From: Podarcis gaigeae
Lineage: Eukaryota
DNA: 64,000 nt
Strand: one strand, 5' to 3'
Assembly (NCBI GenBank): GCA_964106915.2
Contig: OZ066927.1
The notes below the pieces were generated by a model, which was given only the letters and a program-made list of their open reading frames with translations, was not told where the DNA came from and ran no database searches. Below, piece by piece: positions 61,953 to 64,000 of this stretch (its first letter is position 1; each line of letters opens with the position of its first letter). Both the position numbers and the translations under genes were made by a program.

Positions 61953-62905
61953 CAGTGGTTCCCAATTAGGGGTCCAAGGACCCCTGGAGGTCCGCAGAAC
62001 ACATGCAGGGGGTCCTTGCCTCCCCCTCGCAGCTAATCTTTTTGCCATTTTTGCATAGTAATATCTCAAATGTTATGGTCTGTTTTAGCACTGTGTGATT
62101 TTTCAATATATTGGCCAAATTCTGTTTTGAAATCACACCACGATAACTATTTTTACCTGGCAATACACAACAATATATCACTCCTCGCATGAGTGAGAGC
62201 AGGACAGCCGATTTCAAGGCACTGCAAATATTGCACAATGATCTCAGCCGATATTGCTGCTTATCTGAGCTGCCTTCCTTCACTCTGAGGGAAAACAGGG
62301 CAGCCAATTGTGAGGCGCTACCTCCCTCTCACACTGATGCAAAACAGGGCAGCTGATTGCCCTTCAAGGCACCGTGGCATTACCTTCCTCTGGCACTCAG
62401 GCGGAGCAGCTTTTCTCAGTCAACGGGAAAGCAACAGCAGCCACAGTGGATGTGGGTCTTCACTGGCTAGCCCACTGATGGCGGTTTCATGCCCCCTATA
62501 CCCATCCCCTCCCACTCAAAGCATGCAGTAGAGGTGACTCCGCTTCCTCTCCCCCCACCCACCCATCTGATCTTCATGGCTAATTCTTCTCCCCATCCTC
62601 ACATCTGATCTGCATGCACCCCATCCACCCGATCTCCAAATTTCAGATACTGTGATATGTCAGAATATCACAATGTTTAGCTGCTGATATATCATGATGT
62701 TGAAAACCAGATATTCCTCAACTCTAGTCTGTTTTTTAGTATACCTAAAATCCTCTGCGTACTAGAGGCTACACCACATTTTGTTCAAAAAATTGCCTTT
62801 CTGATGTAACTACAATAGAGTTATCAAATTTTTCAAAAGTAGGGGATCTGCGGCTTGGCTTTTGGAAAATAGGCCATCCTCAGTAATTAGCTAATTGGGA
62901 ACTGA
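61953..62905. mobile_element. Old composite DNA-transposon remnant (hAT-like ends with a nested element)
   Basis: CAGTGGTTCCCAA at the left and TTGGGAACTG at the right. The internal atatcacaatgtttagctg...gttgaaaaccaga segment is shared with ~34090-34150. Confidence 0.45.
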
Positions 62906-64000
62906 AGACCAAGGTTAGATCTAAACTGATATTGCCCTGGGGCCAAGAGTGCCTGTGCTTGGCGATGTGCCACTGCCCCTGCCTCTGCCCCCACCCAAAT
63001 ACCACCCAAATATGCAACATTTGAGTTTTGTAAAGCAAAACTGCATCAGGTGCCCTGTCTCATATTAGATTATTATCTGTCACACAGAGCAGGTGCCCCT
63101 TAACAGTCTTGCAGGCAGACTAAAACCCTGGTTCTGTCTCAGTGCCTCAGAGGGAGTTCATTATCACATTAATTTCTAGCATAAATTATAGAAAGCCAAT
63201 TGTTAGAACACATTGCCTTCAGACAATTTAACTTTGGATATAAGCACCAAACATCTGATAAGGGATATGGCTCAGTGTAAAAACTCAAAGCTCCTTAATT
63301 GTTGGGACAATATGAATTCATAAATTAAAACAAGAGCTAAATGAACAGTTCTTTGAAACATGAAGATTTTAACTTCTGGCTTCAATACAATCTTAACTGT
63401 CTCTCTTCTTGCTTTAAGCGTCCACAAAACTGTACCCTCTGGGTGGAGGAGAAGAGAGATACAATTTGATGCATGACTGGTTTTTTTCAGCCTTAATTAC
63501 AGATATTAGTATTTGTTCAGCCTTGAGTCAACCCAAGAATGACTATTTTCCACAGGAGATTAACATTTCAATACTTCTAAGGGAGGTGCCCATCACACTC
63601 AGATCTTTAACTGACTATACTACAGTATTTTTTAGATGTTACAGGAGTGATGTTAAACCATTTTTCTGCTGTTTAATTCACACAGTAATGTTTAAGAGTT
63701 TAGGAGAAAGAGGCAAAGTTCAGTAACAGAGTACCTCATTTGCACACAAAATGTCCCAGGATAAATCCCCAGCACCCTGGATAGCTGCTGCCAATCAGCT
63801 AGAGGGACCAATGGTCTGACTCAGTATAAGGCAGCTTCCTATGTTCCAATATTGTTCCTATGTAAGAAGACCCTGTGTAACGGACAACTGCACTCAACTT
63901 CACCACTCAACTATCAACCCCTGAATTCTGCTTTGGTGACAAATGTGTGATAAGGACCTATGTGATTGGAATTATCATTGATCAGTGTGTTTTCAAATAT

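Overview
Vertebrate genomic DNA, almost certainly from a squamate and probably a lacertid lizard, judged by Sauria/Squam SINEs and lizard-type MITEs. It covers the conserved ADAMTS17-LYSMD4-MEF2A block. (1) The last two coding exons of ADAMTS17 (+; TSP1 repeat and PLAC domain), with an inferred ~5.9 kb 3'UTR rich in miR-29 seed sites. (2) The complete LYSMD4 gene (+; CpG-rich promoter, inferred non-coding exon 1, two coding exons, 286 aa). (3) The five 3'-most coding exons of MEF2A (-), including the 24-nt beta microexon (absent from the ORF track), the polyQ/SUMO-motif last exon and an inferred ~5.8 kb 3'UTR. The rest is intron and intergenic DNA packed with SINEs, Tc1/mariner and hAT MITEs, and LINE fragments (CR1, L2, RTE, RTE-X-like). 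The most interesting non-genic signal is a 402-bp Penelope-like retroelement insertion at 23004-23405, about 1.3 kb upstream of the LYSMD4 promoter. It carries an intact minimal hammerhead ribozyme, a mutated antisense copy, a ~98-bp inverted repeat, and a 229-nt unit between equivalent cleavage sites that resembles a retrozyme monomer. Penelope hammerheads are a described class, so I do not claim a wholly new system; the local architecture is the part worth testing. Most ORFs in the supplied track are spurious. Repeat family names and human-orthologue comparisons are from recall, not database searches.
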